Notes under the pieces: generated by a model
Databases searched by the model: none
The model's input: the letters and a program-made list of their open reading frames with translations, nothing else
Told to the model about the DNA's origin: nothing
Part shown: piece after piece, positions 34,001 through 46,000 of the stretch
How the letters are laid out: the number at the start of each line of letters is the position of its first letter
How positions within the stretch are numbered: the stretch's first letter is position 1
Program-made: the position numbers and the translations under genes
Assembly: GCA_964234715.1 (NCBI GenBank)
Contig: OZ174291.1
DNA: 64,000 nucleotides
From: Podarcis melisellensis
Lineage: Eukaryota
Direction: 5' to 3' (one strand)

Positions 34001-37000
34001 AGTTTGGGTCCTTTGATATCAATTTCGGGGCCCTTCAGATCACCTTCCAACTTCGGCACCGAAACATCCACATCCCCCTTCACTTTGGGACCTTTCAAGT
34101 TCAAGTCAAAATCTGGCATGGAGATTTTGGGGGTCTTAAAATGCATATCAGGCATCTTAAACTTGGGACCTTTGAGTTTTCCTTCAGGGCATTCAAGCTC
34201 AACATCAGGAACAGAAACATCTAGTTTAGGGCCATGTATATCCACATCTGGTGCTTTCAAATCACCTCCAATCTTGGGAAGAGATACATCCACATCTCCC
34301 TTCAGTTTTGGGCCCTTCAAGTTGAGGTCAACATCTGGCATGGATAATTTTGGTGCTTTGATGTTCATTTCAGGCATCTTAAATTTAGGTCCTTTCAGTT
34401 TTCCATCAGGTCCCTCAATGTCAATGTCAGGAGCATCTATCTTAGGACCTTTGATATCTATTTCAGGTCCTCTTAGATCCCCTTCAAATTCTGGAACGGA
34501 AACATCCACATCACCTTTAAGTTTAGGCCCTTTCAAGTTTAGATTCATGTCTGGCATGGAGATTTTAGGTGCCTTGAAATGCATGTCCGGCATCTTGAAT
34601 TTAGGACTTTTCCATTTTCCTTCTGGGCCTTCGAGTTCAACATCAGGAACATCTACGTCTAATTTTGGCCCTTTGATATCAATTTCAGGCCCCTTCAGAT
34701 CACCTTCCAACTTCGGTACAGACACATCCACGTCACCCTTCACTTTCGGCCCTTTGAGATTTAGATCGAAATCTGGCATGGAGATTTTGGGGGTCTTAAA
34801 ATGCATGTCAGGCATCCTAAACTTGGGACCTCTGAGTTTTCCTTCAGGACCTTCAAGCTCAACATCAGGAAGGTCAACATCTAGTTTGGGACCCTGGATA
34901 TCCACATCTGGGCCTTTCAGGTCACCTTCCAGCTTTGGAACTGAAACATCAACATCTCCCTTCAGTTTAGGGCCTTTCAAATTGAAATCAACATCTGGCA
35001 TGGAGATTTTGGGTGCTTTGAAGTGCATGTCAGGCATTTTAAACTTGGGACCTTTCACTTTTCCTTCTGGGCCTTCGATGTCCAGGCTTGGTGCATCAAT
35101 GTCCACCTTTGGAAGAGAAACATCAAGGTCTGCTTTTGGGAGGCTCACGTCCACATCTGGGCCCTCTGCCTTGAAGCTAGGCATTCCAAATTTTGGCATT
35201 TTGAATTTTGGCATTTTTAGTTTTCCTTCTGGGCCATGGAGGTCAACATCTGGAGCATCAATATCCAGCTTGGGACCTTTGATGTCTATTTCTGGACCCT
35301 TCAAATCACCTTCAACCTTTGGTAGGGAAACATCCACATCTCCTTTCAGTTTTGGGCCTTTGAGGTTGAAATCCACATCAGGCATGGAGATTTTGGGTGC
35401 TTTGATGTTCATTTCAGGCATCTTGAATTTAGGGCTTTTCCATTTTCCATCTGGGCCTTCAAGTTCAACATCAGGAACATCTACGTCAAGTTTGGGTCCT
35501 TTGATATCAATTTCAGGGCCCTTCAGATCACCTTCCAACTTCGGTACAGACACATCCACGTCACCCTTCACTTTGGGACCTTTCAGGTTCAAGTCAAAAT
35601 CTGGCATGGAGATTTTGGGGGTCTTAAAATGCATATCAGGCATCTTAAACTTGGGACCTTTGAGTTTTCCTTCAGGACCTTCAAGCTCAACATCAGGAAG
35701 GTCAACATCTAGTTTGGGACCCTTGATATCCACATCTGGGCCTTTCAGGTCACCTTCCAGCTTTGGAACCGAAACATCAACATCTCCCTTCAGTTTAGGG
35801 CCTTTCAAATTGAAATCAACATCTGGCATGGAGATTTTGGGTGCTTTGAAGTGCATGTCAGGCATTTTAAACTTGGGACCTTTCACTTTTCCTTCTGGGC
35901 CTTCAATGTCCAGGCTTGGTGCATCAATGTCCACTTTCGGAAGAGAAACATCAAGGTCTGCTTTTGGGAGGCTCACGTCTACATCTGGGCCCTCTGCCTT
36001 GAAGCTTGGCATTCCAAATTTTGGCATTTTGAATTTTGGCATTTTCAGTTTTCCTTCTGGGCCATGGAGGTCAACATCTGGAGCATCAATATCCAGCTTG
36101 GGACCTTTGATGTCTATTTCTGGACCTTTGAAATCACCTTCAACCTTTGGCAGGGAAACGTCCACATCTCCTTTCAGTTTGGGGCCTTTGAGGTTGAAAT
36201 CCACATCAGGCATGGAGATTTTGGGTGCTTTGATGTTCATTTCAGGCATCTTGAATTTAGGACTTTTCCATTTTCCTTCTGGGCCTTCAAGTTCAACATC
36301 AGGAACATCTACGTCTAATTTCGGCCCTTTGATATCAATTTCAGGCCCCTTCAGATCACCTTCCAACTTCGGTACAGACACATCCACGTCACCCTTCACT
36401 TTCGGCCCTTTGAGATTTAGATCGAAATCTGGCATGGAGATTTTGGGTGCCTTAAAGTGCATGTCAGGCATCTTAAACTTGGGACCTCTGAGTTTTCCTT
36501 CAGGACCTTCAAGCTCAACATCAGGAAGGTCAACATCTAGTTTGGGACCCTGGATATCCACATCTGGGCCTTTCAGGTCACCTTCCAGCTTTGGAACTGA
36601 AACATCAACATCTCCCTTCAGTTTAGGGCCTTTCAAATTGAAATCAACATCTGGCATGGAGATTTTGGGTGCTTTGAAGTGCATGTCAGGCATTTTAAAC
36701 TTGGGACCTTTCACTTTTCCTTCTGGGCCTTCGATGTCCAGGCCTGGTGCATCAATGTCCACTTTTGGAAGAGAAACATCAAGCTCTGCTTTTGGGAGGC
36801 TCACATCCACATCTGGGCCCTCAGCCTTGAAGCCAGGCATTCCAAATTTGGGCATTTTGAATTTTGGCATTTTCAGTTTTCCTTCTGGGCCATGGAGGTC
36901 AACATCTGGAGCATCAATATCCAGCTTGGGACCTTTGATGTCTATTTCTGGACCTTTGAAATCACCTTCAACCTTTGGTAGGGAAACATCCACATCTCCT

Positions 37001-40000
37001 TTCAGTTTTGGGCCTTTGAGGTTGAAATCCACATCAGGCATGGAGATTTTGGGTGCTTTGATATTCATTTCAGGCATTTTGAATTTAGGGCCTTTCCACT
37101 TTACATCTGGGCCTTCAAGTTCAACATCAGGAACATCTACATCAAGTTTGGGTCCTTTGATATCAATTTCAGGGCCCTTCAGATCACCTTCCAACTTCGG
37201 CACCGAAACATCAACATCCCCCTTCACTTTGGGACCTTTCAAGTTCAAGTCAAAATCTGGCATGGAGATTTTGGGGGTCTTAAAATGCATATCAGGCATC
37301 TTAAACTTGGGACCTTTGAGTTTTCCTTCAGGACCTTCAAGCTCAACATCAGGAAGGTCAACATCTAGTTTGGGACCCTTGATATCCACATCTGGGCCTT
37401 CCAGCTTTGGAACCGAAACATCAACATCTCCCTTCAGTTTAGGGCCTTTCAGATTTATGTCCGGCATTGAAATCTTGGGCACATTAAAATGCATTTCAGG
37501 CATCTTTAATTTGGGACCTTTGATATTGCCCTCTGGGCCCTCTATATCCAAGTCGGGAGTTTCAATGTCCACTTTGGGTCCTGATACATCAATGTCTGCT
37601 TTGGGGAGGTTTATATCCACCTCAGGACCCTCCCCTTTGAAGCCTGGCATTCCAAATTTGGGCATTTTGAATTTGGGCATTTTGAGTTTGCCTTCTGGTC
37701 CATGGAGATCAACATCTGGAACATCAATGTCCAACTTGGGGCCTTTGATATCTATATCAGGACCTTTCAAATCCCCTTCCAGGCTTGGTGCAGAAACATC
37801 AAGGTCGCCTTTTAATTTAGGACCTTTCAAATTCAATTCCACATCAGGCTTTGAAACTTTAGGTGATGAAATATTCAGGGAAGGCATTTTAAATTTAGGG
37901 CCTTTCACTTTTCCATGAACATCAACATCTGGGCCTTGGACATCAACTTTGGGCCCTGAGATATTAACATCTGGTTTCTTAAGCTTCACGTCAACCTCTG
38001 GAGTGTGAACCTTTGGACCAGAAAAACTGAACTTTGGAAGCTTAAATCTTGATTTCTTTGCTTTCCCTTCAATATCTATTTTTGGTGCTTCTAAGTCAAC
38101 TTCAGGTCCTTTCAATTCAACATTAAGACCTTTGATGTCGCCTTCCAAGTCTCCCTTTAATTTAGGACCTTTCAAATTCAAGTCAATGTCTGGCATTGAG
38201 ATCTTTGGAACATTAAAATTAATTTCAGGCTTCTTAAACTTGGGACCCCTTAATTTTCCTTCAGGGCCTTCGATTTCCAAATCGGGTGTTTCAATGTCTA
38301 GGCTGGGGCCAGATATATCCACTTCTCCCTTAGGTAAGCTCACATCCACGGAAGGGCCTTCTCCCTTGAAGCCAGACATTCCAAATTTGGGCATTTTAAA
38401 CTTGGGCATTTTGAGTTTGCCCTCCGGACCGTGCAAGTCAACATCTGGTGCTTCAATGTCCAATTTGGGGCCTTTGATGTCAATGTCAGGCCCTTTCAAT
38501 CCACCTTCGACCTTTGGCAGAGAAACATCCACATCTCCTTTCAGTTTTGGACCCTTCAAATTAAGATCCACATCTGGCATGGAAAGCTTTGGTGCTTTGA
38601 TGTGCATTTCTGGCATCTTAAACTTGGGTCCTTTAATTTTACCATCTGGACCTTCAATATCTAACTCAGGGCCTTCAATGTCCATCTTGGGAGCAGATAT
38701 ATCAATGTCTCCCTTTGGGAGATTTACATCCAGTTCAGGGCCTTCTCCCTTGAAGCCAGGCATTCCAAATTTGGGCATTTTAAATTTGGGCATTTTCAGT
38801 TTTCCTTCTGGTCCATGGAGGTCAACATCTGGAGCATCAATATCCAGCTTGGGACCTTTGATGTCAATTTCTGGACCCTTCAAATCACCTTCAACCTTTG
38901 GTAGGGAAACATCCACATCTCCTTTCAGTTTGGGCCCTTTGAGGTTGAAATCCACATCAGGCATGGAGATTTTGGGTGCTTTGATGTTCATTTCAGGCAT
39001 CTTGAATTTAGGGCTTTTCCATTTTCCATCTGGGCCTTCGAGTTCAACATCAGGAACATCTACGTCAAGTTTGGGTCCTTTGATATCAATTTCAGGGCCC
39101 TTCAGATCACCTTCCAACTTTGGCACTGAAACATCCACATCCCCCTTCAGATTGGGACCCTTCAGGTTCAGGTCAAAATCTGGCATGGAGATTTTGGGGG
39201 TCTTAAAATGCATATCAGGCATCTTAAACTTGGGACCTTTGAGTTTTCCTTCAGGACCCTCAAGCTCAACATCAGGAAGGTCAACATCTAGTTTGGGACC
39301 TTTGATATCCACATCTGGGCCTTTCAGGTCACCTTCCAGCTTTGGAACTGAAACATCAACATCTCCCTTCAGTTTAGGGCCTTTCAAATTGAAATCAACA
39401 TCTGGCATGGAGATTTTGGGTGCTTTGAAGTGCATGTCAGGCATTTTGAACTTGGGACCTTTCACTTTTCCCTCTGGACCATCTATACTGAAGTCAGGAG
39501 CATCAATATCTAATTTGGGACCTTTGATATCAACATCTGGTCCTTTCAAATCCCCCTCTACCTTTGGCAAAGAAACATCAACATCCCCCTTCAGATTGGG
39601 ACCCTTCAGGTTCAGGTCAAAATCTGGCATGGAGATTTTGGGTGCTTTGATGTTCATTTCAGGCATCTTAAATTTGGGCCCTTTGAGTTTTCCTTCAGGG
39701 CCTTCAAGCTCAACATCAGGGATGTCAACATCTAGTTTGGGACCCTTGATGTCAACATTTGGGCCCTTCAAGTCACCCTCCAATTTAGGAACAGAAACAT
39801 CAGCATCTCCTTTTATTTTGGGACCCCTCCAGTTCAAATCAATGTCCGGCATGGAGATCTTAGGAACATTAAAATGCATTTCTGGCATCTTAAATTTGGG
39901 CCCTTTGAGTTTTCCTTCAGGTCCTTCAATCTCAACATCAGGAATATCTACGCCAACTTTAGGACCTTTGATGTTGACATCAGGGCCTTTCAGATCACCT

Positions 40001-43000
40001 TCCAACTTTGGCACTGAAACACCCACATCCCCCTTCACTTTGGGTCCCTTCAAACCCAGGTCTAAATCTGGCATGGAGATTTTGGGAGCTTTGATATGCA
40101 TTTCAGGCATTTTGAATTTGGGGCCCTTTAGCTTCCCTTCAGGTCCTTCTAGGTCAACATCAGGAACGTCAATGTCCAATTTGGGCCCTTTGAGATCCAC
40201 CTGCGGGCCTTTCAAGTCCCCTTCCAACTTTGGCACAGACACATCCAGATCGCCTTTTACTTTGGGACCCCTTAGGTTCAAATCAATGTCAGGCATGGAG
40301 ATCTTAGGTGCCTTAATGTGCACTTCTGGCATCTTAAATTTGGGGCTCTTCCACTTTCCTTCTGGACCTTCAATGTTAACATCAGGAGCATCAATGTCCA
40401 ATCCTGGCCCTTTAATGTCAATATTGGGGCCTTTCAGATCACCTTCCAATTTCGGCACTGAAACATCCACATCCCCCTTCACTTTGGGACCTTTCAAGTT
40501 CAAGTCAAAATCTGGCATGGAGATTTTGGGGGTCTTAAAATGCATGTCAGGCATCTTAAACTTGGGACCTCTGAGTTTTCCTTCAGGACCTTCAAGCTCA
40601 ACATCAGGAAGCTCAACATCTAGTTTGGGACCCTTGATATCCACATCTGGGCCTTTCAGGTCACCTTCCAGCTTTGGAACCGAAATGTCAACATCTCCCT
40701 TCAGTTTAGGGCCTTTCAGATTCAAGTCAACATCTGGCATGGAGATCTTTGGAGCTTTGAAGTGCATGTCAGGCATCTTAAATCTGGGCCCTTTCACTTT
40801 TCCTTCTGGGCCTTCAATGTCCAGGCTTGGTGCATCAACATCAACTTTTGGAACAGAAACATCAATGTCTGCTTTGGGGAGGCTCATGTCAACATCTGGG
40901 CCTTCTCCTTTGAATCCAGGCATTCCAAATTTGGGCATTTTGAATTTGGGCATCTTCAATTTGCCTTCAGGTCCATGGAGATCAACATCAGGCATGTCAA
41001 TGTCCAATTTGGGTCCTTTGATATCAAATTCTGGGCCTTTCAAGTCTCCTTCAAGTTTGGGGACTGAAACATCCACATCACCCTTGATTTTGGGACCTTT
41101 CAGATTCAAATCAACATCTGGCATGGAGATTTTTGGAGCCTTGATGTGCATTTCGGGCATCTTAAACTTCGGACTCTTCCATTTTCCTTCAGGGCCTTCA
41201 ATGTCAACATCAGGAGCATCTATGTCTAGCTTAGGACCCTTAATGTTGAAGTCTGGACCTTTCAAGTCACCTTCCAGCTTTGGAACTGTAACATCATACT
41301 CTCCCTTCACTTTAGGGCCTTTCAGGTTCAAGTCAACATCTGGCAGAGAGATCTTTGGAGCTTTGAAGTGCATGTCAGGCATCTTAAATCTGGGCCCTTT
41401 CACTTTTCCTTCTGGGCCTTCAATGTCCAAGCTTGGAGCATCAATGTCAACTTTTGGAACAGAAACATCAATGTCAGCTTTGGGGAGGCTCACGTCAACA
41501 TCTGGGCCTTCCCCTTTGAAGCCTGGCATTCCAAATTTGGGCATTTTGAATTTGGGCATCTTCAGCTTTCCCTCTGGCCCATGGAGATCAACATCTGGCA
41601 TGTCAATATCCAGCTTGGGTCCTTTGATATCAAATTCTGGGCCTTTCAAGTCTCCTTCAAGTTTGGGGACTGAAACATCCACATCACCCTTGATTTTGGG
41701 ACCTTTCAGATTCAAATCAACATCTGGCATGGAGATTTTTGGAGCTTTGATGTGCATTTCGGGCATCTTAAACTTCGGACTCTTCCATTTTCCTTCGGGG
41801 CCTTCAATGTCAATATCTGGAGCTTCGATATCCACTTTGGGGCCCTTGATATCCATTTGGGGTCCTTTCAAATTGCCTTCAATATTTGGGACAGTTACAT
41901 CCATCTCCCCTCTTGCTCTGGGACCTTTCAAGTTTAAGTCAATATCCGGCATGGAGATTTTGGGTGTCTTGAAATGCATTTCAGGCATTTTGAACTTGGG
42001 ACCTTTCAGTTTTCCCTCTGGACCTTCGATGTCTATGCTCGGCATATCAGCATTCAGTTTTGGTCCCGAAACATCAATGTCTGCTTTAGGGAGGCTCACG
42101 TCAACATCAGGGCCTTCCCCTTTGAAGCCAGGCACCCCAAACTTGGGCAGCTTCATCTTGGGCATCTTAATTTTAGCATCTGGGCCTTCAATGTCAACAT
42201 CTGGGATATCCACATCAAGTTTGGGGCCCTTGATGTCAATACTGGGTCCTTTCATATCACCCTCAATCTTTGGGACAGACACATCCATTTCACCCTTCAT
42301 TTTGGGGGCCTTGAGATTCAAGTCGACATCTGGCATGGAAATTTTAGGAGATTTAATATTGAGTTTTGGCATCTTGAATCTGGAACCTTTGATTTTTCCT
42401 TCAGGACCCTCCAGTTCCACATCTGGGACATCAACGTCCAAGTTAGGACCCTCAATGTTGACCTTGGGTCCTTTCAGGTCACCTTCTACCTTTGGCCCAG
42501 AGATATCCACATCTCCCTTCAGTTTTGGCCCTTTCAGATTGAAATCCACATCTGGCATTGATATCTTGGGTGCATGGATATTCAGTTCAGGCATCTTAAA
42601 CCTGGGCCCTTTCAGTTTTCCTTCTGGGCCTTCAATGTCCAAGGCTGGTGCTTCGATGTCTACTTTGGGAGCAGAAAGTTCAACGTCTGCTTTTGGAAGA
42701 TTTACATCCACCTCTGGACCTTCTGCTTTGAAGCTTGGCATTCCAAATTTGGGCATTTTGAATTTGGGCATTTTCAGTTTTCCTTCTGGGCCATGGAGGT
42801 CGACGTCTGGAGCATCAATATCCAGCTTGGGACCTCTGATGTCAATTTCTGGACCCTTGAAATCACCTTCAACCTTTGGTAGGGAAACGTCCACATCTCC
42901 TTTCAGTTTTGGGCCTTTGAGGTTGAAATCCACATCAGGCATGGAGATTTTGGGTGCTTTAATGTTCATCTCTGGCATCTTAAATTTGGGGCCTTTAATT

Positions 43001-46000
43001 TTGCCTTCGGGTCCTTCAATGTCCAGTCCAGGAGCTTCAACGTCTACTTTGGGACCTGATATACTAATGTCACCCTTTGGAAGACTGACATCCACACCAG
43101 GGCTTTCCCCTTTGAAACCTGGCATTCCAAATTTGGGCATTTTCATTTTGGGCATCTTCAATTTTCCTTCAGGACCATGAAGGTCAACATCGGGCACATC
43201 AATGTCTACTTGGGGCCCCTTGATATCAATTGCAGGACCTTTTAAGCCGCCTTCTAATTTCGGCACAGAAACATCAAAGTCCCCTTTCACTTTAGGCCCT
43301 TTCAAGTTCAAATCAATGTCCGGCATGGAGATCTGAGGAGTTTTAATATGCATTTCAGGCATCTTGAATTTAGGACCTTTTATTCTGCCTTCTGGTCCTT
43401 CAATATCTAATCCAGGAGCTTCAATGTCCACCTTTGGAGCTGAAACATCGATGCTTCCCTTTGGTAGACTGACATCCACATCAGGCATTTCACCTTTCAC
43501 GCCAAACTTGGGCAATTTCATCTTTGGCATTTTGAGTTCAGGTCCGTGAAGTTCGACATCTGGTGTTCCAATGTCCAATTTGGGGCCTTTGATGTCAACA
43601 GCAGGGCCCTTTAATTCTCCTACTTTTGGGATGGAAACGTCGACACCCCCCTTGACTTTGGGGCCTTTCACATTCAGGTCAATGTCTGGCATGGATATTT
43701 GGGGGGCCCCCTTGACTTTGGGGCCTTTCAGATTCAGGTCAATGTCTGGCATGGATATTTGGGGGGACTTAACATGCATTTCTGGCATCTTGACATGAGG
43801 ACCTTTCAGTTGTCCTCCAGGTCCTTTGATGTTGAAGGTGGGAGCTTCAATGTCAACACCTGGAGCTGAAACATCGATGCTTCCCTTTGGAAGACTGACG
43901 TCTACATCAGGCACTTCACCTTTCACGCCAAACTTAGGCAATTTCATTTTTGGCATTTTGAGTTCAGGTCCGTGAAGTTCGACATCTGGTGTTCCAATGT
44001 CCAATTTGGGGCCTTTGATGTCAACAGCTGGGCCCTTTAATTCTCCTTCTACTTTTGGGATTGAAACATCAACACCTTCTTTGACTTTGGGGCCTTTCAA
44101 GTTCAGGTCAATGTCTGGCATGGATATTTGGGGGGTCTTAACATGCATTTCTGGCATCTTGACATGGGGGCCCTTCAGTTGTCCTCCAGGTCCTTTGATG
44201 TTGAAGGTGGGAGCTTCAATGTCTACATTTGGAGCTGAAACATCGATGCTTCCCTTTGGAAGACTGACGTCCACATCAGGCACTTCACCTTTCACGCCAA
44301 ACTTGGGCAATTTCATCTTCGGCATTTTAAGTTCAGGTCCATGAAGTTCGACATCTGGTGCTCCAATGTCCAATTTGGGGCCTTTGATATCCATAGCTGG
44401 GCCCTTTAATTCTCCTTCCACTTTTGGGATGGAAACGTCGACACCTCCCTTGACTTTGGGGCCTTTCAGATTCAGGTCAATGTCTGGCATGGATATTTGA
44501 GGGGCCTTAACATGCATTTCTGGCATCTTGACATTAGGCCCCTTCAGCTGTCCTCCAGGACCTTTGATGTTGAAGGTGGGAGCTTCAATGTCTACATTTG
44601 GAGCTGAAACATCGATGCTTCCCTTTGGAAGACTGACATCCACATCAGGCATTTCACCTTTCACGCCAAACTTGGGCAATTTCATCTTTGGCATTTTGAG
44701 TTCAGGTCCGTGAAGTTCGACATCTGGTGTTCCAATGTCCAATTTGGGGCCCTTGATGTCCACAGCTGGGCCCTTTAATTCTCCTTCCACTTTTGGGATG
44801 GAAACGTCGACACCCCCCTTGATTTTGGGGCCTTTCACATTCAGGTCAATGTCTGGCATGGATATTTGGGGGCCCCCCTTGACCTTGGGGCCTTTCAGAT
44901 TCAGGTCAATGTCTGGCATGGATATTTGGGGGGTCTTAACATGCATTTCTGGCATCTTGACATGAGGACCTTTCAGTTGTCCTCCAGGACCTTTGATGTT
45001 GAAGGTGGGAGCTTCAATGTCTACATTTGGAGCTGAAACATCAATACTTCCCTTTGGAAGACTGACATCCACATCAGGCACTTCACCTTTCACGCCAAAC
45101 TTGGGCAATTTCATCTTTGGCATTTTGAGTTCAGGTCCGTGAAGTTCGACATCTGGTGTTCCAATGTCTAATGTGGGGCCCGTGATGTCCACAGCTGGGC
45201 CCTTTAATTCTCCTCCTACTTTTGGAATGGAAACATCGACACCTCCCTTGACTTTGGGGCCTTTCATATTCAGGTCAATGTCTGGGATGGAAATTTGAGG
45301 AGCCTTAACATGCATTTCAGGCATCTTGACATGAGGACCCTTCAGTTGTCCTCCAGGGCCTTTGATACCAATGTCAGGTGCAGCTATGTCCACTTTGGGG
45401 CCTTTTAGATCCATCTGGGGCCCCTTGAGGCCGCCTTCTATCTTTGGCACAGAAACAGCCACATCGCCCTTCAGGTTTGGCCCTTGGACATTCAAGTCCA
45501 CATCTGGCACAGTGACTTTTACTGGTGATGTTTGCATGGACGGCATTGAGACTTTTGGACCTTTCAGGTCAACATTGGCAGTTTCAATATCTAGTTTGGG
45601 ACCCTTAATATTCATTCCAGGCCCTTTTAAGTGGCCTTCCACCCTTGGCCCTGAAATGTCCATGGCGCCTTTCCCTTTAGGGCCCCTGAGATTCAAGTCA
45701 ACATCTGACATAGAAATTTGGGGTGTCTGACCAGCTATTTCAGGCTTGCCATATCTGGGTCCTTTCACGTGTGTTTCAAGGGTCACGTCAGGAGCTTGCA
45801 AATCCACTTTAGGTCCTGAGATGTTAAGTCCCCCTTTTGGAACAGTCACAGTCACTGCAGGATCTGGTGCAGAAAATTTAGGAAGTTTCATGTGGGGTAT
45901 TTTAAGTTTTCCTTCACCCCCTTCAAGACTGACATCTGGAGCCCCAAGATCCACTGAAGGCCCTTTGATATCCACCTTGGGGCCTTCCAATGTTGGAGAG

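Noticed and set aside
33791-43180. Very long plus-strand ORFs (1375 aa and 1682 aa) antisense to AHNAK
   Set aside because: Shadow ORFs. In this register a stop needs an AHNAK Tyr codon after a pyrimidine or a His/Gln codon after T, and the repeats are nearly devoid of these.
33500-45400. Regular repeats resembling a CRISPR or satellite array
   Set aside because: They are in-frame coding repeats of AHNAK with no unique spacers, in a eukaryotic context.
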